Assembly (NCBI GenBank): GCA_001687465.1
Contig: LVLI01000117.1
Location: forward strand, 1-64,000
Direction of reading: 5' to 3'
Length of the DNA: 64,000 nt
Origin: Halocafeteria seosinensis
Taxonomy: Eukaryota
The notes beneath the pieces were generated by a model, which worked only from the letters and a program-made list of their open reading frames with translations, ran no database searches and had not been told where the DNA came from. Positions within the stretch are counted from its first letter, which is position 1. Each line of letters starts with the position of its first letter. Shown here piece by piece: positions 12,315 through 24,787 of this stretch. A program made the translations under genes and the position numbers.

Positions 12315-15300
12315 TCACGAGCCATGGGCCTTGCGAAGCAATAGTTGGTGAACAGATTGAAGAGTAACTAGCGTGTATCCATCCTCGCTACCTAGTCTCC
12401 ATTGCGGAAGGAACGTTTCAAGGTAGCGCAAATATATAGGGAGCTCATACAGGTTTCCCTGAACTATAGCGAAACTCAGTAAAGGCAGGAGGTCTTCCGA
12501 TGCTCTGCGAAGCCAGGAAGGGCTTGTGGAGACCGTGCTCGTCATCAGAGGAGCGAAAAAAAGACAACTTACATAGCAATATCTGAGTATTCTAATTCCC
12601 CAGACTGAAGCTCGGCCACATAAAACCAACTGGGCATCTCAGCTAACTCTTGTAGCGCTTTCGTTCCGGCGATCGCCATTTCAGTAGGCGTCTTGTACTG
12701 CTTCATTGACTTCAGCAAATATATGCAGTTTTGAAGAGCGTTATACGCAAAGCTTTTATCTTTTTTCCCTTTATCACACGTCACCCGCACCACGTGGCTC
12801 ACTCTTTCTGACATTCCAAAGTCCTGTGGAGGAATCTGGCGCAAACCCTTAAGGCAACTGCGTCGAGCAATAACATGGTATGTAAATCACACAAAGCGTC
12901 ACGTCAGAAGCCATTGTTGTACATACTCTTGAAAGGCATCCACGGAGCTTTTCATGGTTGTTTCACAAATGGCTAAGACAATGTCGTGCACATGACACAT
13001 CGCCGCAGTATAAATTGCAGACCTAATTTTCCACTGAATGCGTTGTACGAGAGACATCATGATGTCCTCTGTGTCCTTGAAAATAGACTTTTTATTGGAC
13101 GCGTTCTTGTAGTTCCTTCGAATCACGAGATTCTTTTCCACTTTCGAGGAAATATCTTCGGAATATGCCTCCGGTAGGTCGACAATCCAAGTGGCATAGT
13201 CGTTCGGACAGGCGCACTTGATGTTCCCTAACTGAGAACGAAGGCAGGCAAGTGCCCGCTTCGTTAAAGCGACAATAACTCGGTCTTTCCCGTCAACATC
13301 CTCCGAATCCTCCGTAGACGGCTCAAAAAGACATCGAGCCACTGTCCCTGTACGCGATGCGGTTCTTCTGCGATGCGAAGGAGTTGCTCCAGCGGGCGCA
13401 TCGAACCAATTAGAGAATACCTCTTCTGAAGATTCTCGAATACTGTCTCGCTGTCGAGTTGACATTGAGCCCCCGGCATCGTTCGTCTCATCCAAACCAT
13501 CAAGGGTGCTGGAACGATTCAGACTGAACTCCGCACTTGCTGTTGATTCTGCATCGGAGAATGTGTGGCAAACGCTGATACTGCATGTATCCGTCAGCAG
13601 CCGTCCGATTTGGTCAATCCCTACAACGTTAAGCTGCATCGGACTCATTACAAACGTTTCAGCACGACCTAGGAGGTCGTTGAACTGGTCCTTAGACACC
13701 GAAAATGCTCCAGGAAATTCCGAATCAGGAAGGTTATAGTTTTCGATGTCTGAAAGCATCGGCTGATAGAGATCCTTCATTGTCTCTTGAGTCAGAGGCA
13801 ACGAGCTTAAACGATCGATTATTCGACGATAGCATAGTGGAACAAAGTGCTTGATGTCTGCAGCGCAGCAATTCAACAGCTCTTTCGCATACGCTTCGGT
13901 ATCAACGCTATGTTCACTGCTTTCTCCATTATCGAAAGCAGCGACGCAGGAGCGCGTAGCTTCCTCTCCATTCCACAATGCTTGACGTCGGCCCAGAGGC
14001 GACGTAATTCTGCTTTTCCTCGAGGTATTTGAGCTATCTTCTCGCGGAGCAGAACTATCACCTTCCTTTCTATATGGTAGCTGCTGCAACGTAGACTCAG
14101 ACCTGGAGCTTCTTAAGCGGCTTCCTTCATTTAACTCAGCTAGGGCAAGAGCATATGCTTTCCTGAAAGCGCCGGCAAAGCAGGATATGGCTTCTCCAAT
14201 GGAATGGTGCTCCGCGGCGGGGAGCACATCATCTTCGCTTTCATCGGAGCGACACAGTCGAAAGTAGCGAATCAACACCTTTAGTAGCTTCGCATGGAAC
14301 TTGCTTTCTCCTGGAAGTTGGGAATTTACCGCGGATTCACTGTCAAAGTAATCTGTTTCCTCCGAAGGGGGATCATAGTATCGTCGATACGCTTTCTCAA
14401 TCCCTTTGACTACGAGTCTCTTTAATACTTGTTGTAAGGAGCGCATATATGATTGTTCCCTCAATTGAGTCGTTTTGTTCCTTTCCACCTCCATTATCAT
14501 ATCTAAAAAACCCAACCAGACGCGAGTTCGCATCTTTTCTAATGCTTTAGAGTCAATATGAGGACTATCATTGTTAACAAGCACATTCGCATGTTTGCTC
14601 TCCAGATTCCCCACGTTAGTTCCGGTCGAGAGAATTCTAGAGTGCAAAAATCCTTCCGATATGATACTAAGCAGCTTAGTGGCGCTTAATCGCGTACTGG
14701 GCGGCAGTTGCTTCAATGCTGGAATGCTCTTTATTGCATCGGTATCTTCAGCTCCCCCTTTCGAGCTGAATATCATTTGGTGTGGATTACGACGTCGTGT
14801 GCGAACCACTTCTCTCTCATTTCTAAGTTTGTGAAGACACGAGCACTGACTGTCGTGGGCGTTCATCAAAGTTCGGTTCACTCGTTCGTGATCACCGAAT
14901 AGTTCTCTGAGGAGTGTAAGTTGACTGTCCATGCGGGCGTACAAAAGTTGCTTCGAATTCATTGCCAGCGGAATGCATTGAATGGCCGCTGCAGCCATGA
15001 GAGAACTGTAAGCTTGTTCTGCTTGTATGTATTCTCTTGCGGCAGCAGCATTGGCCGATGCTTGTTTGGCGAAACGTTGCGACGTTTTCGAATAGCCGGG
15101 GGAACCAGATATCTGAGCACAGGAGAGTAATGGGAGGGTGGACAAGAACCAACGCAATACATATTGATTGCAATCAACATACCTCCAAATGTGCCTCTAC
15201 TTTTTTGGCAAGTTCATTGTTTAGTCTCTTTTGAAAGCATGTGTGGAATGTGTTGGGTGTCAATGGCACAGTGCAGCTCACTGCTGAATCTCCTCTACTG

Positions 15301-15656
15301 TCGCTTCCTGCCTTATTTTCCTCTTCCTCCTCCACGGCTTCGTCCGGATCGTTGGGATCTCGGAATAAAGCAAGCTCGAACATTCCTCCTGAATCATCTG
15401 TTTCCTCATCATCTTCTGTAAAACTGGAAGTGTTAATGCCGTTGCTGCCTTGATCTCCCGTTTTGTGTTTTCTGTGCTTCGTTGACGACTTAAAGCGACG
15501 GAATCCTCGTTTAAGTTTACTGGTCAATCCTCCTTTATCTTGGGCACTGACCACTTGCATGGAATCTCGGTGTCTAAAGTCCTCCCCGTGGTCATTTAAA
15601 TCACAACTTCCACGCCTAACAGCTGCTGCCGAGGCTTCCGGAGTCGATGACCACAT
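12315..15656 (-). CDS. Large protein with C-terminal VPS9 (Rab5-GEF-like) domain; start uncertain
   Basis: C-terminal KTP.EM, IASEDLLPLLSFAIVQGN...YLETF...GSEDGYTLVTLQS. ORFs 15174-15719, 12899-15157, 12569-12844 and 12315-12629 can be joined by GT-AG introns. Confidence 0.75.
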
Positions 15657-15938
15657 TTCCCTCTCTATAAACCGGGGACTGCTTTCTATTCCCTCCCAAG
15701 TATATTGCCCCTCCTCCACCAGGGACTTAAACTCTTCAAAACATGGTAGAAATCGACGTATAAAGGGCTTCGGAAGGTCTCAGGAAGCTCAACTTCAACT
15801 TATTCACTTCCACAACATTATACACCACTAGGATAGAAGTGTTAATAGTAGTGGTACTTGCAGTTTATTGAGTTTTTCTCTTGATGTTGGCACTGGATAA
15901 GGATTTATTGTCTGTGTGCTGTGAGAAGCAAAATAGGA

Positions 15939-17815
15939 ATGAAAGTGACGGTAGTATACGACGATAATGTCGCCGAGTTCGATGTTGATCACAATGAGAA
16001 GGTAAGTCCTCCTATTTTCTCTTTCTTGCTTACCTTCAAAAAAACACACGTTATTTGTACGCTTCGATTTGCGCTCAGATCGAAGATATCAAGGCGATTG
16101 CTGAAGTGGAAGTAAGGGGAAGCTGGTATGGAAGTGTTCACGACGATACGCATGACGTCCAACGAATTTGCAGTTCGGCATCCCTTACAATGAACTACGG
16201 CTCGAATACCAAGAGAAAGAGATGAAAGATAGTGAAACAGTATGTTGCAACTGGTGTTTCCACCGACGTTTGAGCGACACACTGGTACAATTCGTAGTCC
16301 CACTTCTCGTTCTTCAGATTGACCAGTATGGAATTCATGAGGGCGATTTGATAAACGCTAAGAAACAGAAACGCCAGGCATCTGGTGGAACGCAACAAGC
16401 TTCAGCTTCTGCTGCAGCAGGAGGAGGTCCTCCTTCTGGAATGATGAACGTCAAGTCCATGAGCGATGAGGACCTGAAGGCTCTAGACTGGAGTGATATT
16501 TCTGGTGATATCCCACCAGATGACTTGCACCGGATCTTGCGAGTAAATCGAAATCTTTTGACACAGATCCAACATTCGAATCCTCAGCTGTAAGTTTGTT
16601 GATTTACCACCATAGAGTGCTTGCTTTTCTGATATTGAGGTCTAGGTCTGCTCGGCAGTTACGAAGCGTTTGATGAAAATGACCCATCAAAGTTGAGAAT
16701 GTATTTAATGAAGCGCGCAATGGATAAGTCCCAAGTATGGGCCTTGTCGTGGTGATTGACTAGCCATAGTGTGAATACTCACTAAGTCACTTGGAAATGC
16801 AGACTATGCTAAAGGAGGAAGAAATGCGACGTCGTTTAGAAGAAGATCCCATGGATGAGGAAGCACAACGTCAGCTAGAGCAGACTATACACCAACGAAA
16901 CATTGATGCTAATTTAGAATTTGCGCATGTAGGTATATTAATGCTTTTTGAAGGTTTGGCTGCTAATAGAGTAATGTTTTGCGTTCGCAGGAGCACATGC
17001 CTGAGGCCTTCGCCCAAGTACCTATGTTGTATATCAATGTCGAAGTAAATGAGACTCCATTGAAAGCGTTTGTGGATTCGGGGGCACAGACAACAATTAT
17101 GTCGAAGAATTGTGCTGAACGTTGTGGTATTTGGCGCCTTGTTGATACACGGTTTGCTGGTACTGCTGCTGGAGTAGGGACTGCGAAGATCATCGGCCAA
17201 GTTCATATGGCACAGTTGAAGATTGGCGGTACATATTTTCCATGTAAATTTACTGGTAAGCTCCTGTACACTATGGGAACGACTTAATGATTACCCTATA
17301 TGTTAATCTTCCATTGCATTCAGTACTGGATCAAAACTCGGTGGATATGCTCTTCGGCCTCGATATGCTGAAGAGGCATCAATGCATGATCGATCTGAAG
17401 GTAAATGAAATCTACCACGGTAGCAACGACGCCTGATTTTGCAAGGTATTCGAAATTGTCTCTATTCTCACAGAACCATCGCCTACACTTAGAAGGAGCA
17501 CATGGGACAGAAACTGTGGAGTTTTTACCCGAGAACGAGATTCCAAAAGATAATTTCCCTCGAGCTGGTGGCGAGGGCGAGGCCAGTGCAGCCAGTAGTG
17601 CTCCTACGGGTAGTAATGCTCAGTCCGCATCGTCATCTTCACCAAGTCAACAGGGACAACAGCAGAGAGTCCAGGTAGATGCAAACAAACTGCAGCAGTT
17701 AGTTTCTCTAGGGTTCTCGAGAAATGAAGCTGCAGAAGCCCTAGTGGTTTGCCAAGGTGACGTAGATATGGCTGCCTCTTATTTGTTTCAGAACTCGGGC
17801 CAACCTCAGCAATAG
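15939..17815 (+). CDS. DDI1: DNA damage-inducible protein 1 (UBL - retroviral-type aspartic protease - UBA), 9 exons
   Basis: N-terminal [45 protein letters not shown]-terminal [16 protein letters not shown]...[10 protein letters not shown]. Confidence 0.96.
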
Positions 17816-18214
17816 GATGATTCTGTACAAGTCGTACGACAACTGCAAGAAATTCCCTTCTCGCTCGCTGAAATCGGAGAATGGTTTATTCCCCTCAAGA
17901 GCTGAGAGTTCTCAAATTATAGGTGTAGACCTTGAATGATCAATATAACCAGTGACACAGTGGAACTGTAACTGTGTAAGTTCGGAACTTGTGCAGCCTG
18001 AGTGCAAATGTGAACATATGTATTTAAAACCAAAAATCGCGTGGCGAGCATCCATCTGGAAGTATCAGACGCGTTTCTGAATATCCATACTAAATTTGTG
18101 CTGTTGCGTTCCATGTGGTCTGGAACAGGACGTTGGGGCGTGTCGGCCATCGTGCATGTGTATTATAGGTAGTTACAATCGGTTCGCTTTCGTCAGCGTG
18201 GTTTGAGTACCAAT

Positions 18215-18288
18215 GCCCGTGTAGCTCAGCTGGTTAGAGTACCAGACTCTTAATCTGGTAGTCCGGGGTTCGAGCCCCCGTACGGGTA
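18215..18288 (+). tRNA. tRNA-Lys(CTT), intronless
   Basis: Cloverleaf: acceptor GCCCGTG/TACGGGT, D arm GCTC/GAGT, anticodon stem CCAGA/TCTGG with loop CTCTTAA (CTT at 18249-18251), T arm CGGGG-TTCGAGC-CCCCG. Confidence 0.96.
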
Positions 18289-18292
18289 CTAA

Positions 18293-18299
18293 TTTTTTT
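18293..18299 (+). terminator. RNA polymerase III oligo-T terminator of tRNA-Lys
   Basis: T7 run 4 nt after the discriminator base. Confidence 0.85.
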
Positions 18300-18796
18300 G
18301 GCCAAGTCCATTGCTACAGAATCTTATGGATGAAGAGGATATAACATACGGGCCGCTGTGTGTCACCTGATGAAAACAGGTGAATGACTTAGAGTGCGCG
18401 CTGCACAGACTGAAAGTTGACAAGAAGTGTGTCAATTGTGGTGTTGAGTGACGTGTGTTGACCAGGTGCATGGAAGTTATTCGGTGTATTTTCGCCAACA
18501 TTGTCACTCATATCCAGTGCATCTCTCTTTCGTTTCTTTTAGTATAGGTTGATCAATAGAATAGTGAGCGTTAGACAGTGCTGCTTGAGTAGTTAGTATT
18601 AGTTCCCCCCTTCGGACGGAAAGGCGCCTCCGACTTCCCCCTGTTCCCCTGCCGCCACCAGCTGGCCTTTACAGAGGCTGTTTTCTCGGAATACACGAGG
18701 GCAATAGATGCCCAAGGGTAGTCGGAAGACTTTACAGTGAGGAATGGATGCCGGGAACCCTGTAATTCATCTGAAACAAGGAGACGAGGACCAAGA

Positions 18797-21700
18797 ATGA
18801 GGCCTCATTCGCTACGAGATGCCGCTTCCGGAGGCTTTCACATGCGCGTTTTTGGGTATATCACAGGGAGTAGGAGGAAGAGAGTCTCACAGTGGTTGCC
18901 TGCAGTGTTTCTCTCAGTACTGTTGGCAACGGCATCCGTGTGGAATGAGGGTGCAGGGAGCATAAGGGTTCCGACAGCGGCTGCGAGAAGCCCAACATCC
19001 TCTGGGCGAAGCTCGACAACTGCAACTGGAACCCCAAGCCCAGGAAGTCCCCGGAAGCACACTCACATACCCATGTCCACGATTTGGGAATGGAGGGAAG
19101 ATGTTCGCGATATGTTTTATCATGCATTTGACGCTTACATGGAACACGGTTTCCCCTGGGATGAGCTACAGCCACTGACATGTAAACCCAGAAAGTGGTT
19201 CATGCGCGAACGAGGAACTCTGGATGACACGTTGGGAGGATATATGCTCACATTGGTAGATGCTTTGGATACCCTTGCTGTGATTGGGGATTACGAGGAA
19301 TTTTCCAGGGCCGTGTCGTATGTTTCCGAGCACTTGACGTTTGATCGTAATGTGACCGTTTCCACTTTCGAAGCTAATATTCGCGTCCTAGGCGGACTTC
19401 TCTCTGCTCATTTACTCGCAACAAATCCGGAATTTTCGGATTTAATGCCAGCGTACAATGGTCGGCTGCTGACTTTGGCAGCGGATCTTGGAGAGCGGCT
19501 GCTTCCGGCATTTGATACTCCAACCGGCTTACCCTTTCACAAGGTCAACCTGGTATCAGGAGTAAAGGGGATTAGGGAGAGTGCTTCTTGTACAGCTGCT
19601 GCTGGTACATTTGGGGTCGAATTTTTTATTCTATCAAAATTGACAGGAGACATGCGCTTTATCAGCGTAGCGAAACACGCGATGGACTTTCTATGGGATA
19701 AACAGAGCACTATTGGATTAATTGGTAATTCCATCGATATTCGCAGGGGAATTTGGACACAGCATCATACCGGTATAGGCGCCGGAGTCGACAGTTATCT
19801 TGAGTACACGTTGAAGTATTATGTACTCACTGGAGATACCACGTATTGGTCGCGTTTTCAGAATCTGTCATATGCTGTGCACACACATATGGATTTTGCT
19901 GACTTGCACACAGAGGTTAGCTTTACCCAAGGTCGAAAGCAGCCGCATACTCCTTATGTATCGGCACTTCAAGCGTTTTGGCCTGGCATCCAAGTACTTG
20001 GAGGAAATATCGCTCTAGCTAGGAAGAGCTTTGCTCGATTATGGTCGATTTGGAAGAAATACGAGGCTCTCCCAGAGATTTTTGACGTAAGCTCTCAACA
20101 ACCTGTTAGCTTTGCAAAAGACTCCCCATTGCGCCCCGAGTTGGTAGAGAGTCTTTACCACCTATACACCGCCACGAGAGACCAAGTGTACCTCGAGTAC
20201 GCACGCAGACTCGCAATTGCTATGGAAAAGCAAAGCAAAGTCGATTGTGGCTACGCCTCAGTGGCAGACGTGAAGACCAAACGCCTTGATGATCGCATGG
20301 ATTCTTATTTTTTCAGTGAAACACTGAAGTACCTTTTCTTGATTTTTGACAGTGCTCTACAGAAGTCGAGCAAGTCGAGTGCGATGGAATGGAATGTCCA
20401 CGTTACTGCTTCTAACAAATCCTCAGATTGTAAGACTGTAAGTGGTGTCCGAAAGTATGAAATCTCGGCATTGTGTTCGGATCCCCAGCTCGCTTGTGGG
20501 AAAACATCCTGGTCATCTTGTGACAGTGAAGCATGTCTTCAACAGGAGAAAAAAGAATGCGGATTCGTCGCTCAGAGTAGCCAACAAAGAATTGATCAGC
20601 CTCTCCGTGAAGCGAGCAGAGATTCTAGGTGTTTGAGAGCTCGCCTACCGATTGATTACGGTCAAGTCCTTTTCAGTACCGAAGGTCATCCGTTCGTAAT
20701 CCAAGAAAACTGGACCGATAAGGAGCATGTTTCCTTAGGTGGGGAATGCTCAGTGAACAATGAAATAACTGAAGACTTCAAAACGCTTCCTGGAAAATCC
20801 GTTATAGTGGGCTCCGCAGACTACCAAAGGTACTTGAGGCAGTTTGAGCAGCATCTGAGGAAGATGGAGGAAGAATCGGTTACCAAACTTGCCAAGAAAG
20901 TAAAAGAGGAAATTTCCTTAGCGAAGAAGGTGGCTGGGAGCTCTAACAATAGCAGTGAAGGCGATGGAAACATGCAGCAACTTTTCATATCTACGTTTCA
21001 CCGAGAGCCGGCCTCTCATCAGTGGCATCAAGCTGGCGGACAAGTACCCCAGAATGCTAAAATTGAGAGGCTACTAGAAAACCTCTCACAGGAAAATTCA
21101 CCCTTTCCGCAACTAGGCATTAATAGGCTGCTGGTGAGATGTTTGTCAAGCTCGGATGCTTGTGGTTTTGGGATGACTCCTAGCAGCGGAAAGCGAGTAC
21201 GGTTGCATCTCGATGGAGAGGAGCGAGGCTTTTCGCTGCCTCTAGTAGGATCCGGAGCTGTCTTTGGTCCAATGCTGAGCCGAAAAGGACTATCTCGTAC
21301 ACCGGTAGCGTTAGCATCTCCTTTGGATGCGTGTTCCCCTAATGTCTCTGTACTTCGTCACAATGATACAGGCACATCCGATCCGGTTATTGCTGTTGCT
21401 ATCCGCGGGTTCTGCAGCTTTATGGATAAGGTGCGAAACTTAAATTTTCTCTCTGGTGTAGTTGGGGTCATAATTTTTGATGATCCACGGTATCCCAATT
21501 ATGAGACGGGCATCATGGGCGCTGATAACTCGGACAACAACATCACCGTTCCGTCAACCCTCGTAACACAGGCGGAGCCACAGTATGAAGCATTTTTACA
21601 GCTCTTGGGATTGAAAGGACAGAATGATTGGACAAGCTTCTATGTTGAACGCGCACGGTGCTGTAGTCAACGTCACAGTATACAACCTCCGAAAGTGTTC

Positions 21701-21931
21701 GTGTCCATGGCTGACGCTAGGTTGCCAGATGACCAGCAGGTCCAGGCGGAGAACGTCATGACTATTGCAGAATGGCCATCTACACCAAGTTTCAGTGTAT
21801 GGCCCACGAACACCGGTAAAATATTGGGTGAAGCTCTACAGAATGGTACGATGGAGCAGGGCATTGATTGGGATATATGGTGGCAGCAGGTGTTTGGTTT
21901 GAATGGTACGATGTATATCACTCTAACCTAA
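18797..21931 (+). CDS. EDEM-type GH47 alpha-1,2-mannosidase-like protein with C-terminal PA domain, intronless
   Basis: MFYHAFDAY..GFPWDELQPLTC, TLVDALDTL, FEANIRVLGGLLSAH, GAGVDSYLEY, LRPELVES, SYFFSETLKYLFL, STEGHP; PA domain PLDACS...RGFCSF..KVRN; N-terminal hydrophobic anchor. Confidence 0.93.
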   Translation: MRPHSLRDAASGGFHMRVFGYITGSRRKRVSQWLPAVFLSVLLATASVWNEGAGSIRVPTAAARSPTSSGRSSTTATGTPSPGSPRKHTHIPMSTIWEWREDVRDMFYHAFDAYMEHGFPWDELQPLTCKPRKWFMRERGTLDDTLGGYMLTLVDALDTLAVIGDYEEFSRAVSYVSEHLTFDRNVTVSTFEANIRVLGGLLSAHLLATNPEFSDLMPAYNGRLLTLAADLGERLLPAFDTPTGLPFHKVNLVSGVKGIRESASCTAAAGTFGVEFFILSKLTGDMRFISVAKHAMDFLWDKQSTIGLIGNSIDIRRGIWTQHHTGIGAGVDSYLEYTLKYYVLTGDTTYWSRFQNLSYAVHTHMDFADLHTEVSFTQGRKQPHTPYVSALQAFWPGIQVLGGNIALARKSFARLWSIWKKYEALPEIFDVSSQQPVSFAKDSPLRPELVESLYHLYTATRDQVYLEYARRLAIAMEKQSKVDCGYASVADVKTKRLDDRMDSYFFSETLKYLFLIFDSALQKSSKSSAMEWNVHVTASNKSSDCKTVSGVRKYEISALCSDPQLACGKTSWSSCDSEACLQQEKKECGFVAQSSQQRIDQPLREASRDSRCLRARLPIDYGQVLFSTEGHPFVIQENWTDKEHVSLGGECSVNNEITEDFKTLPGKSVIVGSADYQRYLRQFEQHLRKMEEESVTKLAKKVKEEISLAKKVAGSSNNSSEGDGNMQQLFISTFHREPASHQWHQAGGQVPQNAKIERLLENLSQENSPFPQLGINRLLVRCLSSSDACGFGMTPSSGKRVRLHLDGEERGFSLPLVGSGAVFGPMLSRKGLSRTPVALASPLDACSPNVSVLRHNDTGTSDPVIAVAIRGFCSFMDKVRNLNFLSGVVGVIIFDDPRYPNYETGIMGADNSDNNITVPSTLVTQAEPQYEAFLQLLGLKGQNDWTSFYVERARCCSQRHSIQPPKVFVSMADARLPDDQQVQAENVMTIAEWPSTPSFSVWPTNTGKILGEALQNGTMEQGIDWDIWWQQVFGLNGTMYITLT

Positions 21932-21973
21932 ATCGCGAAACATACATTCTTTCTGTGAGTCGCTTGACAATCT

Positions 21974-23201
21974 TTATGACGTTTGTTCGATCGCTAAATT
22001 AGCCAACTGGCGTTCTGATTCAGCTAGTTTCGGTTCATGTGGAGCAAGCTTTAAGTCCTGCAGAAGCTGCTGATAAACTTTCTTTGGCTCCCATTGTCCC
22101 TGTAACGTGGCACACCGAAAATGAAGAACACGAATGCATATAGAAACACTCCCTAACGTACCGCTTGTCCACCGGCCATTCCCATTTGTCTCTGCATGAG
22201 TTGAGTCTCGTCCATCATATCACCTGCAACATGGCCCATTGGAAACATGAGATTCCTCCAAACGTTAAAATTGCGGCCTTTGTACGTACCACCTTGCCCA
22301 CCTGCTAGCACTGATATGAAGCTCCTTGAACCAAATAATACTATCAGATACCACGAAAGCGAAGAGAGATAGGAAGGGTCTAATGTTGCGATATCAATAC
22401 CACGCTGAGTTACCACCTTGAATCTGTGAGTTAACCCAAAGGGTATTTTGCCTGCACCACCGGGTTCCATACGTCATCGAAACCATCTTTAGTGATGCAC
22501 CAACACGACACATGTACATACCCAAAATGAAACCACTAAAGAAATTATTCGTCCAACTACCCATGCCGGCATTTGTAACCTGAAATATGAGCTGATTTTT
22601 CATCGCTCCGCCTTGCATCATCTTCATCATAGGATTGCTAGTAGCAGGTGCTTTAACATCCTGCAGCAAGACTCCCTTCTTCTCGGCGGTAAAGTATTCC
22701 TGACACACATAGACACAAACGCGACCGATAATCCCCTCACCCAGGCAACATCAAGCTTCATGGTGCAACACCAACAAACGTACTTTACGTATCTGGTACC
22801 CTCGTCTGCTAATATATCCTCCGTAGTGGCGTAGAAGTGTCCCTCGTTTCACTAGATTTCTGGGTCACAAGTAGATCATAGCACAACCAAGTCCAGCCCA
22901 CCATCATTCACCGACTAATCTACACGCACACAGAGACATACTTTTGTTGGGCCTCCGTGGCATCCGTCTTTGTATCACTTCCCATGACTTTAAAGAGATC
23001 AGTCCGAATAATCAAGCACAATACAATGATGAATACCATCGGTAGCAGCACCCAATCGCGGATGAGAGGATCTAGCGTCAAGGACGCACTGTCTAGGGCC
23101 GCAGAGGAAATCTCATGGTCTCCCGTGTACCCGAAAACACATGTAAAAGACTGTAATAAGGCTCCAACAGAGACCCACCAAAGCCTGCCTGACACCCCCA
23201 T
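21974..23201 (-). CDS. EMC3: ER membrane protein complex subunit 3, multi-exon
   Basis: LDPLIRDWVLLPM, WTNNFFSGFILG|KIPFGLTHRFK..TQRGI, LDPSYLSSLSWY; last exon GQWEPKK...IEQTS*. Confidence 0.92.
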
Positions 23202-23480
23202 CTTCAACTTGCTCCGATTATACACTATCTACTCGAGCCTCCGATGAAGCACCCAGATTATTCTTTTTTTTTTGGGGGGGAGGGGTGGAGACATTAGGAT
23301 TATCTATACTGTACATCGACGAGCGCAGGTAGGTGAATAAATGAACGGAAGACGGAGTCGTCTCCGGGCCCGGCGCTCAGCCCGGAATCACGTCCAATGA
23401 ACAATATCATTTCATGTACCAGGAGGTTGTTTTACGGTGCTTTCTGTCCTAAATATATTTTCGTCTCCATATACGAGAGG

Positions 23481-24687
23481 ATGGCGTCTGCCGTTGAGGA
23501 CTCTGAGGGTGCTCCGGAAGTGGAGAATAACAAGGAGGAAATGGGTCAAGAGTAAGAAGATAATGAGTGGTAGGGCTCTTTCCCATTTATTTTCACTTAT
23601 ACAGCTTTTCCCACTCTTATTACAGTGCATCTGAAGTAGAAGGAGGGTTAGGTCAAGTCATCGTGCTCAACGGTGACGGCATGGAAGCCACAGAAGAAAA
23701 CATTAAGGAGGAAAGTAACCTGGCTGAGATTGAAGAAAGCCTCAAAGGCTCAGCCTTCTTTGTCCCCGAAAGCATTATCAGACGCGACCGACCGGAGCCC
23801 AAGGAGGACCGAGAAGAAGGTACGCCTTACCTATTTGACTTTGATGCGAGGAGACAGGGGGTCTGAACTGTGTCCCAATTTGTTTGCAGCCACCGACGAA
23901 TTGCAACAGGCTTCCGGAGGAGAAAACGAAGAGAGCACGGCGCAAGATGGGCCTACGCACGGTACAGAAGATGATGACTCGAAGAAAGAAGCAGGGGAAA
24001 AGGAGGATAGCAGCGCAGAGGAACAGGAGGAAACTACTGCAGAGGCTGATAAAGAGAAACAAGATCCTGACAACGAAGATTTGGAGGTAGTCATTGCTGG
24101 TCCCAGTACCACAGCTATCTGGCAGCGAAATCGTTTTACCTATAACAAGAACGAAGCAGTTCCGATTGCTACTCGAGGAGAGGATGGAGATATTCCTGTT
24201 ATGCTTGGTGAAACGGGTGACGACAATGAGGAAACAGAACAGAAAGAACCGGAGCAGGAGATTATGCCTACACAGCAACAAAACCCTGAGTTTGGACCGA
24301 ATATTCGCATAATTGATGAGAAGATGGAAAAGAGAGGACCTACAAAGAGGACTGATGGTACCTGGGTATCATCGATTGGCGTCGAGCTTCCAAAAGACCC
24401 AAAGCTACCACCTGACGACAAAAAAGTGATATTTGATTATGATCCCGAAGATTTTGAAGATAAATTATGGCGGAAAGCAGGAGCAGATATATCGGAGTGG
24501 TTTAATTTTGGACTGAATGAACAAACGTGGAGGATATACTGCCGCCAGCAACGGCTGTTACGGAAACAAATGAGGACGGCCCAGCTGCTGGATGCCCAGG
24601 TATGTGTATCACTTGTCTATGCTGCTACGTTTTGTATAACCGTCTTTGTGTTCTCCACAGCCTTCCCAACACAATAAGGGACAGTGA
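23481..24687 (+). CDS. FIP1: Fip1-motif pre-mRNA polyadenylation factor, 4 exons
   Basis: Acidic N-terminus, then IFDYDPEDFEDKLWRKAGADISEWFNFGLNEQTWRIYCRQQ (Fip1 motif). Confidence 0.8.
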
Positions 24688-24787
24688 AACCGAATAGACA
24701 ACACTTAGAATTAAATCAATCCAACGAACCAAATTAGTTAATTAATGATATGACATATGCTTGTTTATTTTTTTTAATGGGAGGGGG

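Noticed and set aside
18165..18205. GGTTCG B-box-like word upstream of tRNA-Lys, suggesting a second tRNA
   Set aside because: No cloverleaf can be formed.
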